Source: Candidatus Bathyarchaeota archaeon (lineage in GTDB: Archaea; Thermoproteota; Bathyarchaeia; Bathyarchaeales; Bathycorpusculaceae). From it: a stretch of 64,000 bases of DNA. Under the pieces are notes generated by a model. The model had not been told where the DNA came from and searched no databases. It worked only from the letters and a program-made list of their open reading frames with translations. Of the stretch, positions 1 to 10,533 are shown piece after piece. The DNA lies in assembly GCA_963767735.1 (NCBI GenBank), contig CAVYES010000005.1, positions 64,001 to 128,000 on the forward strand. Direction: 5' to 3'. Position 1 is the first letter of the stretch, and each line of letters begins with the position of its first letter. The position numbers and the translations under genes are program-made.

Positions 1-141
1 TGAGCGGGTGGCAAACGCTTCTTCAGAAACTAGGCCTTTTTCTTCCAATTTGTCTACTAAGAATTTTCCAATCGCATAAGAGTTGCTTCTTTCGATTCTT
101 GGGCTTCCAATTAATAACAGAACGTTTCTCGGTTGGCTCAT
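1..141 (-). CDS. Flavodoxin-like NAD(P)H-dependent oxidoreductase, 5' part (runs off window)
   Basis: Manual translation MSQPRNVLLLIGSPRIERSNSYAIG has a GSPR..SNS FMN-binding loop; GGAGGT RBS upstream. Confidence 0.7.
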   Translation of the reverse strand, partial: MSQPRNVLLLIGSPRIERSNSYAIGKFLVDKLEEKGLVSEEAFATRS

Positions 142-712
142 GATATTACCTCCACCTTCTTCAGTTGCTCCTCAACAAAGGCGGGTATAGTTTCTGGGTT
201 TTTATCCTCGCTGGAAAACGCTGGCAGCATGGGTTGGAGGCCGAAAATTGAGCATGTTCCGTTCAGCCAGCGCCATAAAGGTTTCTTCATAGTTTACGCC
301 GGGTTCTTGCACTCCGATTACGAGTAGCTTTGGATATTTCTTGTAGCGCATCTCGTGATGGATTTGCCCGTGGTATATTTGGAAATACGGCAATAAAATC
401 GGGATAATGCGGTCGAGTGCCTTCTTCAGTTCAGAGGAGTATCCGCCGAACGTAACTGGAGTCAGCCACACCAGCAGGTCGCTCTGGAAGGCTTTCCTGG
501 TGGTTTCCCGTCCCTCGTCATCAATCACGCATGTTCCCGGAGTCTTAACCCAACAGCCGAAACAGCCTATGCAATTAGCAATCTGCATGTCGCGCAGTTC
601 GATGGGCTCAACCTCCCATTTTTCCTTGGTCAATTGATCGGCAATGATTTTTTCTATCGCTTTAATAGTCAGGATCGCCTTCTTTGGCTCCGTTAAAGAT
701 TACAGCTTTCAT
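138..712 (-). CDS. Flavodoxin/FMN-reductase family protein with Fe-S motif (indel near 670, in-frame TAA at 202-204)
   Basis: CIGCFGCW...C motif and TPVTFGGYSSELKKALDR; N-terminus MKAVIFNG from 712 is in another frame; reading continues in frame past the TAA to a TGA overlapping the next ATG. Confidence 0.75.
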
Positions 713-1384
713 TTTTTTAGCTCTCCATTTTTTTGGTTTGAGTGTTCTCTAGCAAACGGCGCAGAGCTTGTAGTGTGAACTTGAATGTAGCGTCTTTCTC
801 TGCGTTCGCCTTTTTCAGAACCGATCTCAAAACCTGGTGGAAGCAGTATCATGGATCTTGTCGACTGAATGAGGAAAATCGATGTCTGAATCGGGTCCAG
901 GTCAGGTTTTATGGAGCCATCTTTTATGCCCAAGACAACAGCATCTGATAATATTTTGAGGCTTTCGCGACTTGCTTTCATTAATTCCGCTGCGTTTACG
1001 TCATCACTAGTTGCAACGAGCAGGTTTTCAGCTTCCATTAACATGCGAAAATAGTGGGGGTGGCGCTTATAGAACTCATAATAGGCTTCACCTATTGCAT
1101 AACTTTTTTCCAATCCGCTTTTTCTTTTGTCTGCTGCGTCTTTAAACATGGCGTTCATTATGTGCTGCTCCTCTTAAAGCGACCGCTGAGTACAGGGCTT
1201 CTTTGCTCTTAAAGTACAGGTATAATGTGCCTTTCGCAAGCTGTGACTTCTCCGCAATTTCCTCTATGGTTATTTCGTCATAATGTTTAGAGAAAAAAAG
1301 CGTCTGGGCAGCGTCTAAAATGAGTTTGCGACGTTGTTCCTTCTCTTTTTCTCTTCTTTTCAAAGTTGACATTATGACCGACAT
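709..1384 (-). CDS. TetR/AcrR family regulator (split by an indel near 1155)
   Basis: ILDAAQTLF..ITIEEIAEKSQLAKGTLYLYFKSKEAL HTH; C-terminal domain is in ORF 709-1158. Confidence 0.9.
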
Positions 1385-1424
1385 CCATTATTTGACTTTA
1401 AGTCTGTTAATGACTAACAGTCAT
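1374..1424. promoter_or_regulatory. Putative TetR operator array next to a TATA box
   Basis: Palindrome ATGACT-AAC-AGTCAT at 1410-1424, degenerate copies at 1374 and 1392 (18-bp period); TTTATAA on the minus strand at 1431-1437. Confidence 0.55.
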
Positions 1425-1529
1425 AAACTCTTATAAACCTATCCATTCAGAATCACGAGACGCGCTTTACGGAATTATGCTCAGAAATATAATCGATACA
1501 ATTAGTCTCCTTCATCATTAGGCTTTACG

Positions 1530-2037
1530 TTATGCTACAGGTTGTTTTTTCAAAATTTTTCTGTTTGAAGTTTCATTTATTTTGTTAAAAATAAACAGTG
1601 TTAAATCTTCTGGCGATAAGTATCTTGGTCCTTTTTTATGGAAAACTTGAATTTCCAAAATGTCTTTGTCGTATAAAGTTCGGAGAAGGTAATAATCAAA
1701 TTTTAGCGCCTGCTTTTTTTCTCCCTTATAGTAACGTATGGCACAGAAGAAATCCATCGTACGCAAATTCTCTTTACCCAGCAGGTTTCGTATTTTTTTT
1801 ACTTCTTCCTCATCAATATAGTTGAATTCTCCAGTGTCCGCCAACCCGAACTCAAAAATTAATTTACAGTCAGGTATAGTTGGGTTGGCAGCTTCTTCAA
1901 AACTGAATTCTTTTCTGTTTATTTCATAAAAAACTTGGACTAGTCTTTGTTGAAGTTGTTTGCTTGGAGAGAATTGAATTAAAGGTCTCAACTAGGTGAA
2001 TGCTTGATGGGAAATTTTCATAAAAACCCAGCGGCAA
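1530..2037 (-). CDS. Hypothetical protein (probable indel near 1975)
   Basis: 153-aa ORF plus an upstream in-line segment LGFYENFP in another frame. Confidence 0.6.
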
Positions 2038-2048
2038 GATAGTTCTGC

Positions 2049-2445
2049 TCAAGCTTTCTTCATTTTCTTACTTTATCAAGGGTGTTTAGCAATTCAGAAA
2101 GTGTGACTGCTGAGTTTTTGTAGTTCATCTAAGTTTTCGGTTTTTTCGATTTTGCCTTGTAGATTCTTGCATCTTCGCTGAGAGTGTTGCTTCGAGTTTA
2201 TCGTAGGCTGTGTTGGCTGCGGCTTGTTTTGGCGGTTCTTCGCCTTCTTTAACTATTACTACTTTTTTTTCATCATTTGCGCACCAAAGAGTGCCGTCTT
2301 TTAGCCTGAAGAGTGGGGACGCGCAGACTGGGCATGCCAGGTCGGTTAGGGTGGCGCCTTGTGTTAGCAGGTCAGCCATGCGTTTAATAGGAGTGTTTTC
2401 AGTTTTTTCTTGCAATTTTAGAACCCCAAAGTAAATACGTCTCAA
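2049..2445 (-). CDS. UPF0148 / Sjogren autoantigen-1-like zinc-ribbon protein (3' indel)
   Basis: MADLLTQGATLTDLACPVCASPLF..GTLWC motif. Confidence 0.8.
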
Positions 2446-2494
2446 TGCTTATATAAGCAGTTACTACGTGACTTGCAGTAGGGAGTGCCGATTT

Positions 2495-2773
2495 ATGGTT
2501 AGAAAGAAAAAAGCTGAAGAATACGACGCTAAGATTAAGCAAGCGTTGCAAGTGCTTGGAGAGGTTTCTGAGGACAGCACAACGCCAAGAAACATCAGGC
2601 GTTCCGCAAAAGACGCTATGAATTCCCTGCAAAGCTCCGAATACACGGTTGCAGTGCGAGCTTCAAACGCAGTGTCGCTTCTGGATGAAATTTTGCAAGA
2701 CCCAAACATGCCCCCCTACACTCGGGTAAAACTTTGGAACGTTATGAGTTTTATTGAAGCCATAAAAGACTAG
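2495..2773 (+). CDS. UPF0147 family protein
   Basis: DSTTPRNIRRSA...ILQDPNMPPYTRVKLWN signature. Confidence 0.9.
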   Translation: MVRKKKAEEYDAKIKQALQVLGEVSEDSTTPRNIRRSAKDAMNSLQSSEYTVAVRASNAVSLLDEILQDPNMPPYTRVKLWNVMSFIEAIKD

Positions 2774-2826
2774 TAGTCTTCAAACTTTTGTTTTCAATTA
2801 TTTATCTTAAAAAAAGTTAGCATTGC

Positions 2827-3327
2827 TCACGTTTGCTTATCAGTATCCGTTAGTTGTTTTGCCAGTTTCTTTGATTCCTTGTATGCGATGGCGCAGTGTA
2901 TGCAGCAGAACGCTGTTTCTCTGCCGTCGATGACTTCTCGGTAGCCGCCCTCGTAGACTTTGCATCCGCAGTGGGCGCAAACGTAGAGGCTTGGTTCAAT
3001 AGCGATTGCTACTAGCTCGGCAAAGCGCTTGAAAAGATCAGTGCATAATTCCCTGCCTGCCTGTGTTAGCTCAAAGATTTTTCTTTCTTTCTCGCCCACC
3101 GGTTTTATTGTGTGTTTAACTAAGCCTTTTTCTTCTAGTTGCTGCAGGAACGGGTAAACTAGGCTTGGGCTCACTTCTTTTTTGACTCTTTTTCTGAATC
3201 TGCTAATAATGCTGTAACCGTGTGAGGGCCCCTCGTACAGTATGGTGAGTATGTAGAAGCGTGAGAAATCGGAGATTAATTCATCAATGTTTTCGGATTG
3301 CGTCTTACTGGGCATGTTTTTCTTCAT
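2827..3327 (-). CDS. PadR family regulator with C-terminal TRASH-like metal-binding domain
   Basis: HGYSII..VYPFLQQLEEKGLV; CAHC...FCCIHC. Confidence 0.85.
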   Translation of the reverse strand: MKKNMPSKTQSENIDELISDFSRFYILTILYEGPSHGYSIISRFRKRVKKEVSPSLVYPFLQQLEEKGLVKHTIKPVGEKERKIFELTQAGRELCTDLFKRFAELVAIAIEPSLYVCAHCGCKVYEGGYREVIDGRETAFCCIHCAIAYKESKKLAKQLTDTDKQT

Positions 3328-3481
3328 GACTATTGGAATTTTTGTTATTATAAATGTTCTTCAATACACTTGAAATCCTCTGGCAATTCCCAGAAACATG
3401 CAGTCTGCTTCTATGATTAATTCACCAACAAATATATGCCACCTGTTACATGTAGTTCTGGGTTCCAAGGGGGTAGTGCCT

Positions 3482-4865
3482 ATGAAATATGACGTAATAA
3501 TTGTGGGTGCAGGACCAGCAGGCATCTTCTCAGCGCTAGAACTAACCGAGAAAACAAACTTGAACGTCCTGATACTTGACAGAGGGGCAGACATAGATAA
3601 ACGCAAATGCCCATCCAGCCGAGGGTTCGAATGTGTCCATTGTGAACCATGCTCAGTTCTTTCAGGCTGGGGCGGAGCAGGCGCTTACAGTGACGGAAAA
3701 CTAACTTTGTCAACAGAAGTTGGCGGTTGGCTGAACCAGTACGTTTCAACCAAAGAGCTCCAAGCCCTAGTTAAATACGTAGATGGCGTCTACCTCAAAT
3801 TCGGGGCAAGCGAGCAAGTTTACGGTGGAGATAGCGAAAAAGTTGATGAAATAGACCGCCAGGCTTCGCTTGCTGGCTTGAAGCTTATCAGGCAAGAAGT
3901 TCGCCACATGGGTACCGACAAATGCCTAGAAACGCTACAGCGGATGCGTAAAGAACTCAACGGCAAAATCACTTTCCGGCCAAAAACAGATGTGAAAGGA
4001 TTAATCGCTGAAAACCACCTCATCCAAGGCGTGGAAACAGTAGACGGCGAAAAAATCTTAGGAAAATACGTCATAATTGCTCCTGGGAGAAGCGGGGCAG
4101 AATGGCTTCAAACTGAAGCTCAGATTCGAGGATTAAAAACCATAAACAACCCTGTTGATATCGGCGTACGCGTTGAAGTTTTAGCTTCAGTTATGGAGAA
4201 CCTGACTAAAGCGCTTTATGAGCCAAAACTAGTTTATTACTCACGACTTTTCGACGACATGGTCCGCACTTTCTGTGTGTCGCCTTACGGCGAAGTCACC
4301 ACTGAATCATACGATGGCGTCTTAACAGTTAACGGCGGAAGCTACGCTGAAAGAAAAACTGACAACACAAACTTCGCCATCTTAGTAAGCACCTCCTTCA
4401 CGGAGCCCTTCAAAGAACCTATTGCTTACGGCAAATACGTTGCCCGCCTTTCAAACCTCTTAAGCGGCGGAGTGATGGTTCAGCGCCTAGGCGACTTAGT
4501 TGGCTGGGCGCCGCTCAACTCCAGAACGCCTATCCAGAAGCGTAGTCGTACCAACTTTGAAGAATGCTACGCCTGGCGATTTAAGCTTCGTTTTGCCCTA
4601 CCGTTACTTAGCGGACATACGTGAGATGCTTCAAGCTTTAGATGTGATAGCGCCAGGAGTTCACTCAAGAGATACATTGCTCTACGGCATAGAAGTCAAG
4701 TTTTACTCTTCACACTTGCAACTAAACAATGCGTTAGAAACCAAAATCCAAAATATGTTCACCATCGGCGACGGGGCGGGCGTGACACGCGGTTTAATTC
4801 AAGCTTCAGCATCAGGCGTGATAGTCGCTAGGGAGATTCGGAAACGTGAACATTTGGGCGCTTAA
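3482..4865 (+). CDS. NAD(P)/FAD-dependent oxidoreductase (split by an indel near 4500)
   Basis: IVGAGPAG, GGAGAYSDGKL, RTFC, GDGAGVTRG motifs spread over two overlapping ORFs. Confidence 0.9.
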
Positions 4866-4868
4866 GTA

Positions 4869-5615
4869 ATGGATACTGTAGCTCAAGAAATCAAGTGCAG
4901 CCACTGCGGTGCTCCAGTCGACTTTAAGCCTGGAGAAATAATCGCTACCTGCAAATACTGCGGCTTTAACACCGTCATCGAGACGGGGCAAGCATTCACG
5001 TTTGAGCATTCTCTTATTCTCAACAGATTTGACCAAAAAAGTATAGATGGACCGATTCAGGATTGGATGCGCGGCGGCTTCTTGAAGCCAGGCGACCTCG
5101 CTAAGAAATCAAAGATTGCGCAGCGCGACCTGGTTTATTTGCCATTTTGGGTTGTTTCGGTGGAGGCTAAAAGCACCTACAAGGGAATATTCGAACGCAT
5201 AGCTCCAGCCATAGTTAAAGAAGGCACAATCTCTAAGGAATATGAGTGGCTGGTTTTGGCACGTGAAGCTTCGGGTTTCCCGACGCGTGAATACTTGGTT
5301 CCTTTGGAAGGTAAAATTCCTTTTGACTTTCGTAAAATCGAAGGCTTCGCCAAGCTTTTAAATAGCGAAATGGACCGTGATGCCGCTTTAGAAATTGCTA
5401 AGCAACAAATCGAGGATCACCACCGTTTCCTTCTCCAGCAAGACGTGGATAAAATAGTTGAGATAAAAACAGAAGTCACCGCCAAGCAGGAGGTCTACTT
5501 GCACGCGCCCCTATGGTTCATTAAATATGAGTACAAAGGCAAGATTTACCAGTTAATAATTGAAGGAACCGGCGGAACAGCCCTAAAAGGTGATATTCCC
5601 TCTTCCAGATTCTAA
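4869..5615 (+). CDS. Zinc-ribbon domain protein
   Basis: CSHCGA..CKYCG, YLPFW and HAPLW motifs; operon with the SPFH gene. Confidence 0.7.
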   Translation: MDTVAQEIKCSHCGAPVDFKPGEIIATCKYCGFNTVIETGQAFTFEHSLILNRFDQKSIDGPIQDWMRGGFLKPGDLAKKSKIAQRDLVYLPFWVVSVEAKSTYKGIFERIAPAIVKEGTISKEYEWLVLAREASGFPTREYLVPLEGKIPFDFRKIEGFAKLLNSEMDRDAALEIAKQQIEDHHRFLLQQDVDKIVEIKTEVTAKQEVYLHAPLWFIKYEYKGKIYQLIIEGTGGTALKGDIPSSRF

Positions 5616-5689
5616 GCCAGATAAGTTCTAACAAACTTTAAAAGCGACCTTTTATTATCAACGAATATTAAAAAAGGCGGATATGTAAA

Positions 5690-6227
5690 ATGAGCGATAA
5701 TAACGATATGTTATCGAAAGTTCAAGGTCAGATGTCTCTTCCTGAGAAGATAGCTGCATTTGTTCCTGGTTTCCGCGGTTACAAAGAGAAGGAACTGCGA
5801 CGCGAAAGCGACAGGCTAATCAGGAATCACCTGTACCTGAAGCTGTCACATTGAAAAGACAGATTTGAGGGAAATTGAGCAGAAGTTAGCTGACCGCCGC
5901 TACTTCGACGTTCTCACGGATATGGATCGACTATTAGCTAAGATGGACCGTGTTGTTGAGAAAGTTAATCATGCCGTGTACGGGTACAGCGGGTTTTTTG
6001 ACGCTGTCAAAGTCAAAGAAGACAATCTTGACAACATGATAGCTTTCGACAATAAGCTTATAGACGGAATAACCTCTTTGACCACCGAAATCGACGCTTT
6101 CAAAGCAGATTTAGCCAGCGGCGTAACAACAAACCTAAAAACTCGGGTTCAGAATGTAACTGATAAGCTTGAAAGTTTAGAAAACACGTTTGATCAACGT
6201 AATGAAGTAATTATGGGAATGAGTTAA
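5690..6227 (+). CDS. Helical hypothetical protein (indel near 5850)
   Basis: N-terminus from ATG 5690 (..FVPGFRGYKEKELRRESD..) joins ORF 5865-6227. Confidence 0.65.
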
Positions 6228-6228
6228 A

Positions 6229-7224
6229 ATGCCACAAGTAATAGAATGGGTAAATGCAGGCGCAGATGACATAATTTACAAGGATCCAAACGAAGATATC
6301 ACCTGGGGCGCTCAACTCGTCGTGCATGAGTACGAAATGGCCGTGTTCTTCAGAGACGGAAAAGCCTATGACGTTTTCGGCGCTGGCAGACACACCCTGA
6401 CAACGTTGAATCTGCCTTTGCTTACTAGTTTGCTGACTCGTATAGCAGGGTTCGGCTCCAACAAACCTTTCAAAGCCATGGTCATCTACATCGCCACTAA
6501 AGTTTTCAATGGCAAATGGGGAACAAGCGCACAAACCACCGAGTTAGCTCCACTTAAAGTGTTCGGGCAATTTCTCTTCAAAATCGAAGATGCAACACTG
6601 TTTGTGACCCAGGTCGTCGGTGGACAAAACGCTTACACAACCGAAGACGTAAATGGCTTCCTCCGAGGTTTCCTAAATGAAAAGATAATTGCAGAAATTT
6701 CACACTACGACTTGGTCACGGTCTTCACTCGGCTTCAAGAGACATCAGTGATAGTTAAGAACTCAGTCATGGATTACTTCAAACGCTTAGGCATCGAACT
6801 AACAGACTTACGTTTCGAAGGCATCGACACCACACCTGAGTACCGAGAACGGCTGTTTTGGCTTAAAACTGGAAGCGTCTCAGCGGATACGGTCTTGCGC
6901 ATGGAAACAGTGAAGAGTTCAGCGGCGTCTCTAGGGTCAGGCGGTGGCGGCGGGGGAGCAGGAGCCTTAGGCACAGGCATGGTGCTCATACCTCAAATTA
7001 TGAATTCAGCAGGTCAAGTGCAAGCACAAGCACCCACAGCCGCACTAGTGATATGTCCCAAATGCGGTGCGCATGTTCCCGCTACATCGAAGTTCTGTCC
7101 TGAATGCGGAACCTCACTTACACCTCCATCGGCTGCCACAATTAATTGTCCGAAATGCGGCCACTCAATTCCTGCAGGCTCCAAAGTTCTGCCCCGAATG
7201 CGGCGCAACAATAACGTAGGCTGA
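6229..7224 (+). CDS. SPFH (band 7) domain protein with double zinc ribbon
   Basis: LVVHEYEMAVFFRDGK..GAGRHTLTTLNLP; CPKCG..FCPECG repeats. Confidence 0.85.
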   Translation: MPQVIEWVNAGADDIIYKDPNEDITWGAQLVVHEYEMAVFFRDGKAYDVFGAGRHTLTTLNLPLLTSLLTRIAGFGSNKPFKAMVIYIATKVFNGKWGTSAQTTELAPLKVFGQFLFKIEDATLFVTQVVGGQNAYTTEDVNGFLRGFLNEKIIAEISHYDLVTVFTRLQETSVIVKNSVMDYFKRLGIELTDLRFEGIDTTPEYRERLFWLKTGSVSADTVLRMETVKSSAASLGSGGGGGGAGALGTGMVLIPQIMNSAGQVQAQAPTAALVICPKCGAHVPATSKFCPECGTSLTPPSAATINCPKCGHSIPAGSKVLPRMRRNNNVG

Positions 7225-7231
7225 CATAGTA

Positions 7232-7603
7232 ATGTCTGAAAGTAGACGGCAACTGCTGACTATTGGCGTTTTCTTCATAATCATAGTAGTCGCCATACTG
7301 CTTTACCCAGCAAATGTAACTCATAACGGATGGAACATTCTACAGTTAATCATCGTTTTGTTCGGAGTGTGGATGCTGGTTCTTGCGGGCATGAGAGCTC
7401 AAAGCCCTGAGAAATACGAACGTTCGGCATATAGCACGGTGCAAATGGGCGTGCTCCTGATGGCAGTAGGCGCAGCATGGTTCCTGTTTGGCTACAGTTG
7501 GATCTACTCGTTAGCTTTGCTGCTGCTTGCGCTGGGCGTGATAGCTATCGTTTCAGCTATGAGACGAAAGCCACCACAAAAAACGCCACAAACAACGACT
7601 TGA
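7232..7603 (+). CDS. Small membrane protein (about 4 TM)
   Basis: Four hydrophobic segments. Confidence 0.7.
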   Translation: MSESRRQLLTIGVFFIIIVVAILLYPANVTHNGWNILQLIIVLFGVWMLVLAGMRAQSPEKYERSAYSTVQMGVLLMAVGAAWFLFGYSWIYSLALLLLALGVIAIVSAMRRKPPQKTPQTTT

Positions 7604-7672
7604 GCCTCTTTTTTGGCTCTAAACATTTTTCTATTCCAACGCACAGTTCACAATGGCAGAAGGCTCAACTTT

Positions 7673-9275
7673 ATGAGTGAAGAGACGATTGGACACGGCA
7701 CATGGTACGACCTGATGGCCAAGAAAGTTATCGAAAGGGAGCAATCGCTAAACCGAGACATGAGTAAACTGCGGACAGAGATGGGTCTTGGCGCCTCAGG
7801 TTTTCCCCACATCGGTAGCTTAGGTGATGCGTCGCGTAGCTACGCGGTTACGTTGGCGTTGAAGAACTTTAATTGTAATTCTGAACTTGTTGCTTTCTGC
7901 GACGATAAAGATGGTTTACGCAAGGTTCCCGTAGGGCTCTCTAAAGACTTGGAAAAATACCTTGGGTTTTCAGTCTCCTCCATACCTGACCCCTTTGGCT
8001 GCCACGAAAGCTATGGGCAACACATGAGTTCGCTATTGCTGGATGCCCTAGATAAATGCGGCATAGAATACAAGTACTACTCAGCCAAACAAGTCTACGC
8101 GCAAGGTTTACTTCTAGATGAGATTCGAACCATACTGACAAACGCCAAGAAAGTAGGCGAAATCGTCAAAGAAGAGGTAGGCCAAGAAACCTACACTGAG
8201 GTTTTGCCGTTTTTCGCGGTTTGTGAAAAATGCGGGCACCTCTACACAACCCGAGCCTACAAGTTTGATCCCAAAACCGATAAGGTCTCGTATAAATGTG
8301 AAGGTCTTGAAATCCGAGGCAAACTAATAGCAGGTTGTGGTCATGAAGGCGAAGTGGACATAAAAAGCGGCGAAGGCAAGCTAACTTGGAAAAGCGAATT
8401 CGCAGCCCGCTGGAAAGCGCTGGATATACGGTTTGAAGCTTATGGGAAAGACATAGCTGACTCCGTACGCATCAACGACCGAATTTGCCACGAAGTTCTA
8501 TGTTTTGAACCGCCTTCCCACGCAAAATACGAAATGTTTCTCGACAAGGGTGGAAAGAAAATTTCCAAATCAGCAGGCAACGTATTCACGCCTCAAGTGT
8601 GGTTTCGTTACGGTTCTCCCCAGTCGCTGCTTCTGCTGATGCTTAAACGCTTTGTCGGCACACGAACCCTAGACGTATCCGACATTCCCTTGTACATGAA
8701 TGAGCTTGATTCCCTCGAAGACATTTATTTCGGCAAAAAACAAACTAGCGAAAAAGAAGCAACCCGGCTTAGAGGTTTATTTGAGTACTGCTATGTTATG
8801 AAGCCGCCAGCTAAGCTCAGGCGTTCATGTACCTTACAATTTAATGGCTTTTCTGGTTAAAATGGCGCCTAAAGAATGCGTAGACGTCTACGTGGCTGAG
8901 AAACTGCAAAGCTACGGTTACCTGCAAAAGGGTCAAGCCTTAGATGAAAACTTGAAACAGCGAATTGCGTATACATCGAACTGGATTAGGGACTTTGAAG
9001 AAATCAAAGAGACCGACGTCACCTTGAAGAGCGAAGAGAAAAAAGCAATCACCGAGCTAATTACACAGCTGGAAACTGAGGAAGAGCCAGATAAAATACA
9101 GAACGCCATCTTCAACGCTGCAAAAGCCAACGGCATACAGCCCAGCGGCTTCTTCAAATTGCTCTACCAGATTTTGATGGGTGCACCGCAGGGTCCACGC
9201 TTAGGTCCATACGTGCTTGCCATGGGCAAACAAAACGTTGTTGCTGCACTGCGAAGAGCGATAAATAAAAATTAA
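7673..9275 (+). CDS. lysS: Lysine--tRNA ligase, class I (split by an indel near 8815-8840)
   Basis: ASGFPHIGS (HIGH-like), KISKS (KMSKS-like), GKLTWK, C-terminal QGPRLG. Confidence 0.95.
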
Positions 9276-9425
9276 AACTGCCAAGGCTATATCCCCACAC
9301 GTTACTTCGTTTTTTAATCCCCTTGTTTGTAGTGTAACCTTCATTTGTGATTAGTTTCAAGATAATTTTGAACTGGCTGTTTTCAGTTGCTTTTTTGAAA
9401 TAAAGCTTGAATCGTTTGCACGTTG

Positions 9426-9500
9426 AGTGAAGAAAAGTGACAAAAAGTGGGCAAAAGTGAAGGAAAGTGAGGAGAAGTGAAATAAAGAGAATAAAAGTGA
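9426..9500 (+). repeat. Eight AGTGA-type motifs at exact 10-bp period
   Basis: agtga at 9426, 9436, 9456, 9466, 9476, 9496; agtgg at 9446; agaga at 9486. Confidence 0.9.
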
Positions 9501-9618
9501 AAGGCGATCAAAAGTTGCGGGTAATGGCTTCTAAATTTCAAATTTTTTTCTGCAATTTTCTGTTCTTTGTGTTTTGGGTTGCTTTTTTGGAACAAGCTTT
9601 AAATCAAAGTTAGACTAC

Positions 9619-9682
9619 GGTTAAAAAAGGTTAGTAATGGTTAAGTCTGGTTTAAAACGGTTGTATTTGGTTGGAAAAGGTT
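9619..9682 (+). repeat. Seven GGTT motifs at exact 10-bp period, ending at the ATG
   Basis: ggtt at 9619, 9629, 9639, 9649, 9659, 9669, 9679; TATA-like CTTTAAAT just upstream. Confidence 0.9.
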
Positions 9683-9683
9683 T

Positions 9684-9968
9684 ATGCCACTAACACGTTC
9701 AGTAAGCTTCAAAGCAGCCATAGGCAAAGGAAACCGAATACAAATCCCCACACTCATCAGATGGGAATTCAAACTAGAACCCACCCAACCCCTAACAGTA
9801 CACGTCCGATTGTTCGGCCGCGGAATCGACGAAACCTTCTACACAAAAATGAACAAAGACGGACGAATAACAATCCCCAAAATAAACGCAGAACTAATAA
9901 AAACACAACTACCCAAAGAAACAACCCTAAACCAATACGCATTCGAAATAACCCTAAAACCAGCATAA
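9684..9968 (+). CDS. Tandem AbrB/SpoVT-domain (MraZ-like) DNA-binding protein
   Basis: Two motifs, IGKGNRIQIP and MNKDGRITIP, resembling the DxKGRxxIP swapped-hairpin signature. Confidence 0.7.
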   Translation: MPLTRSVSFKAAIGKGNRIQIPTLIRWEFKLEPTQPLTVHVRLFGRGIDETFYTKMNKDGRITIPKINAELIKTQLPKETTLNQYAFEITLKPA

Positions 9969-10217
9969 CCAAAGAAACAGAAGAAAACGCACACCCCCGG
10001 GAAAGGAACATAAATGGCTTTAGAACTTTCTATAGCCCAAGAGGCACCAGTCCTACCTGTCGCAGTTTTCATCCAGTTCCTTTTCAGCCGCTTCAAAATC
10101 TTTCGCTATAAAGCGAGCGATCGTCAATCCTTCCCCCTTCGCACACACGACCACGCGCCGCGCGAAATTTAAGTAGTAGAACCACGAGTGTAGTAATCCA
10201 GAAAAAAGCATGGACAG

Positions 10218-10293
10218 GGGCTCGTCGTCTAGTACGGATTATGACACCGGCCTGCGGAGCCGGAGGTCCTGGGTTCAAATCCCAGCGGGCCCG
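10218..10293 (+). tRNA. tRNA-Arg (anticodon GCG)
   Basis: Acceptor stem GGGCTCG/CGGGCCC, anticodon arm CCGGC-CTGCGGA-GCCGG, T arm CTGGG-TTCAAAT-CCCAG. Confidence 0.95.
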
Positions 10294-10320
10294 TCTTAAC
10301 CATTTTCCAAGGAAAAAAGA

Positions 10321-10348
10321 GGATTCGCTTAATGTTTTAAACGAATCC
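10321..10348. repeat. 28-bp imperfect palindrome (11-6-11), copy 1
   Basis: ggattcgctta-atgttt-taaacgaatcc. Confidence 0.7.
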
Positions 10349-10533
10349 TTTTGAAAAGTTAGGCTTAGAGCGCGCTATCCAAAAAAACCAAAAAGACTGA
10401 AATGATAGACCGAAAAAGCAAAACTGCCACACAATTAAAGAAACAAGAAAACACGAAAATCACTTGCAGGCAAAACCGAAAATCTCTGTTTAGAGACCAG
10501 AAAACAAAAAAACAGCACTTTACGTTGTTTGGG

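Noticed and set aside
202-204. In-frame stop as selenocysteine or pyrrolysine recoding
   Set aside because: The codon is TAA, not TGA or TAG; likely a substitution error
138-9275. Many split genes (flavodoxin, TetR, oxidoreductase, SPFH, lysS) as pseudogenes or programmed recoding
   Set aside because: They cluster in one stretch and include a normally essential gene; sequencing or assembly indels are the simplest explanation
9426-9682. Phased repeats as CRISPR or a chromosomal origin
   Set aside because: Motifs are only 4-5 bp with short spacers; no ORB-like boxes or cdc6 gene seen
9671-10278. Overlapping ORFs 9671-10111, 9769-10011, 9839-10096 and 10093-10278
   Set aside because: Shadow frames of the A/C-skewed AbrB-like gene and of the tRNA
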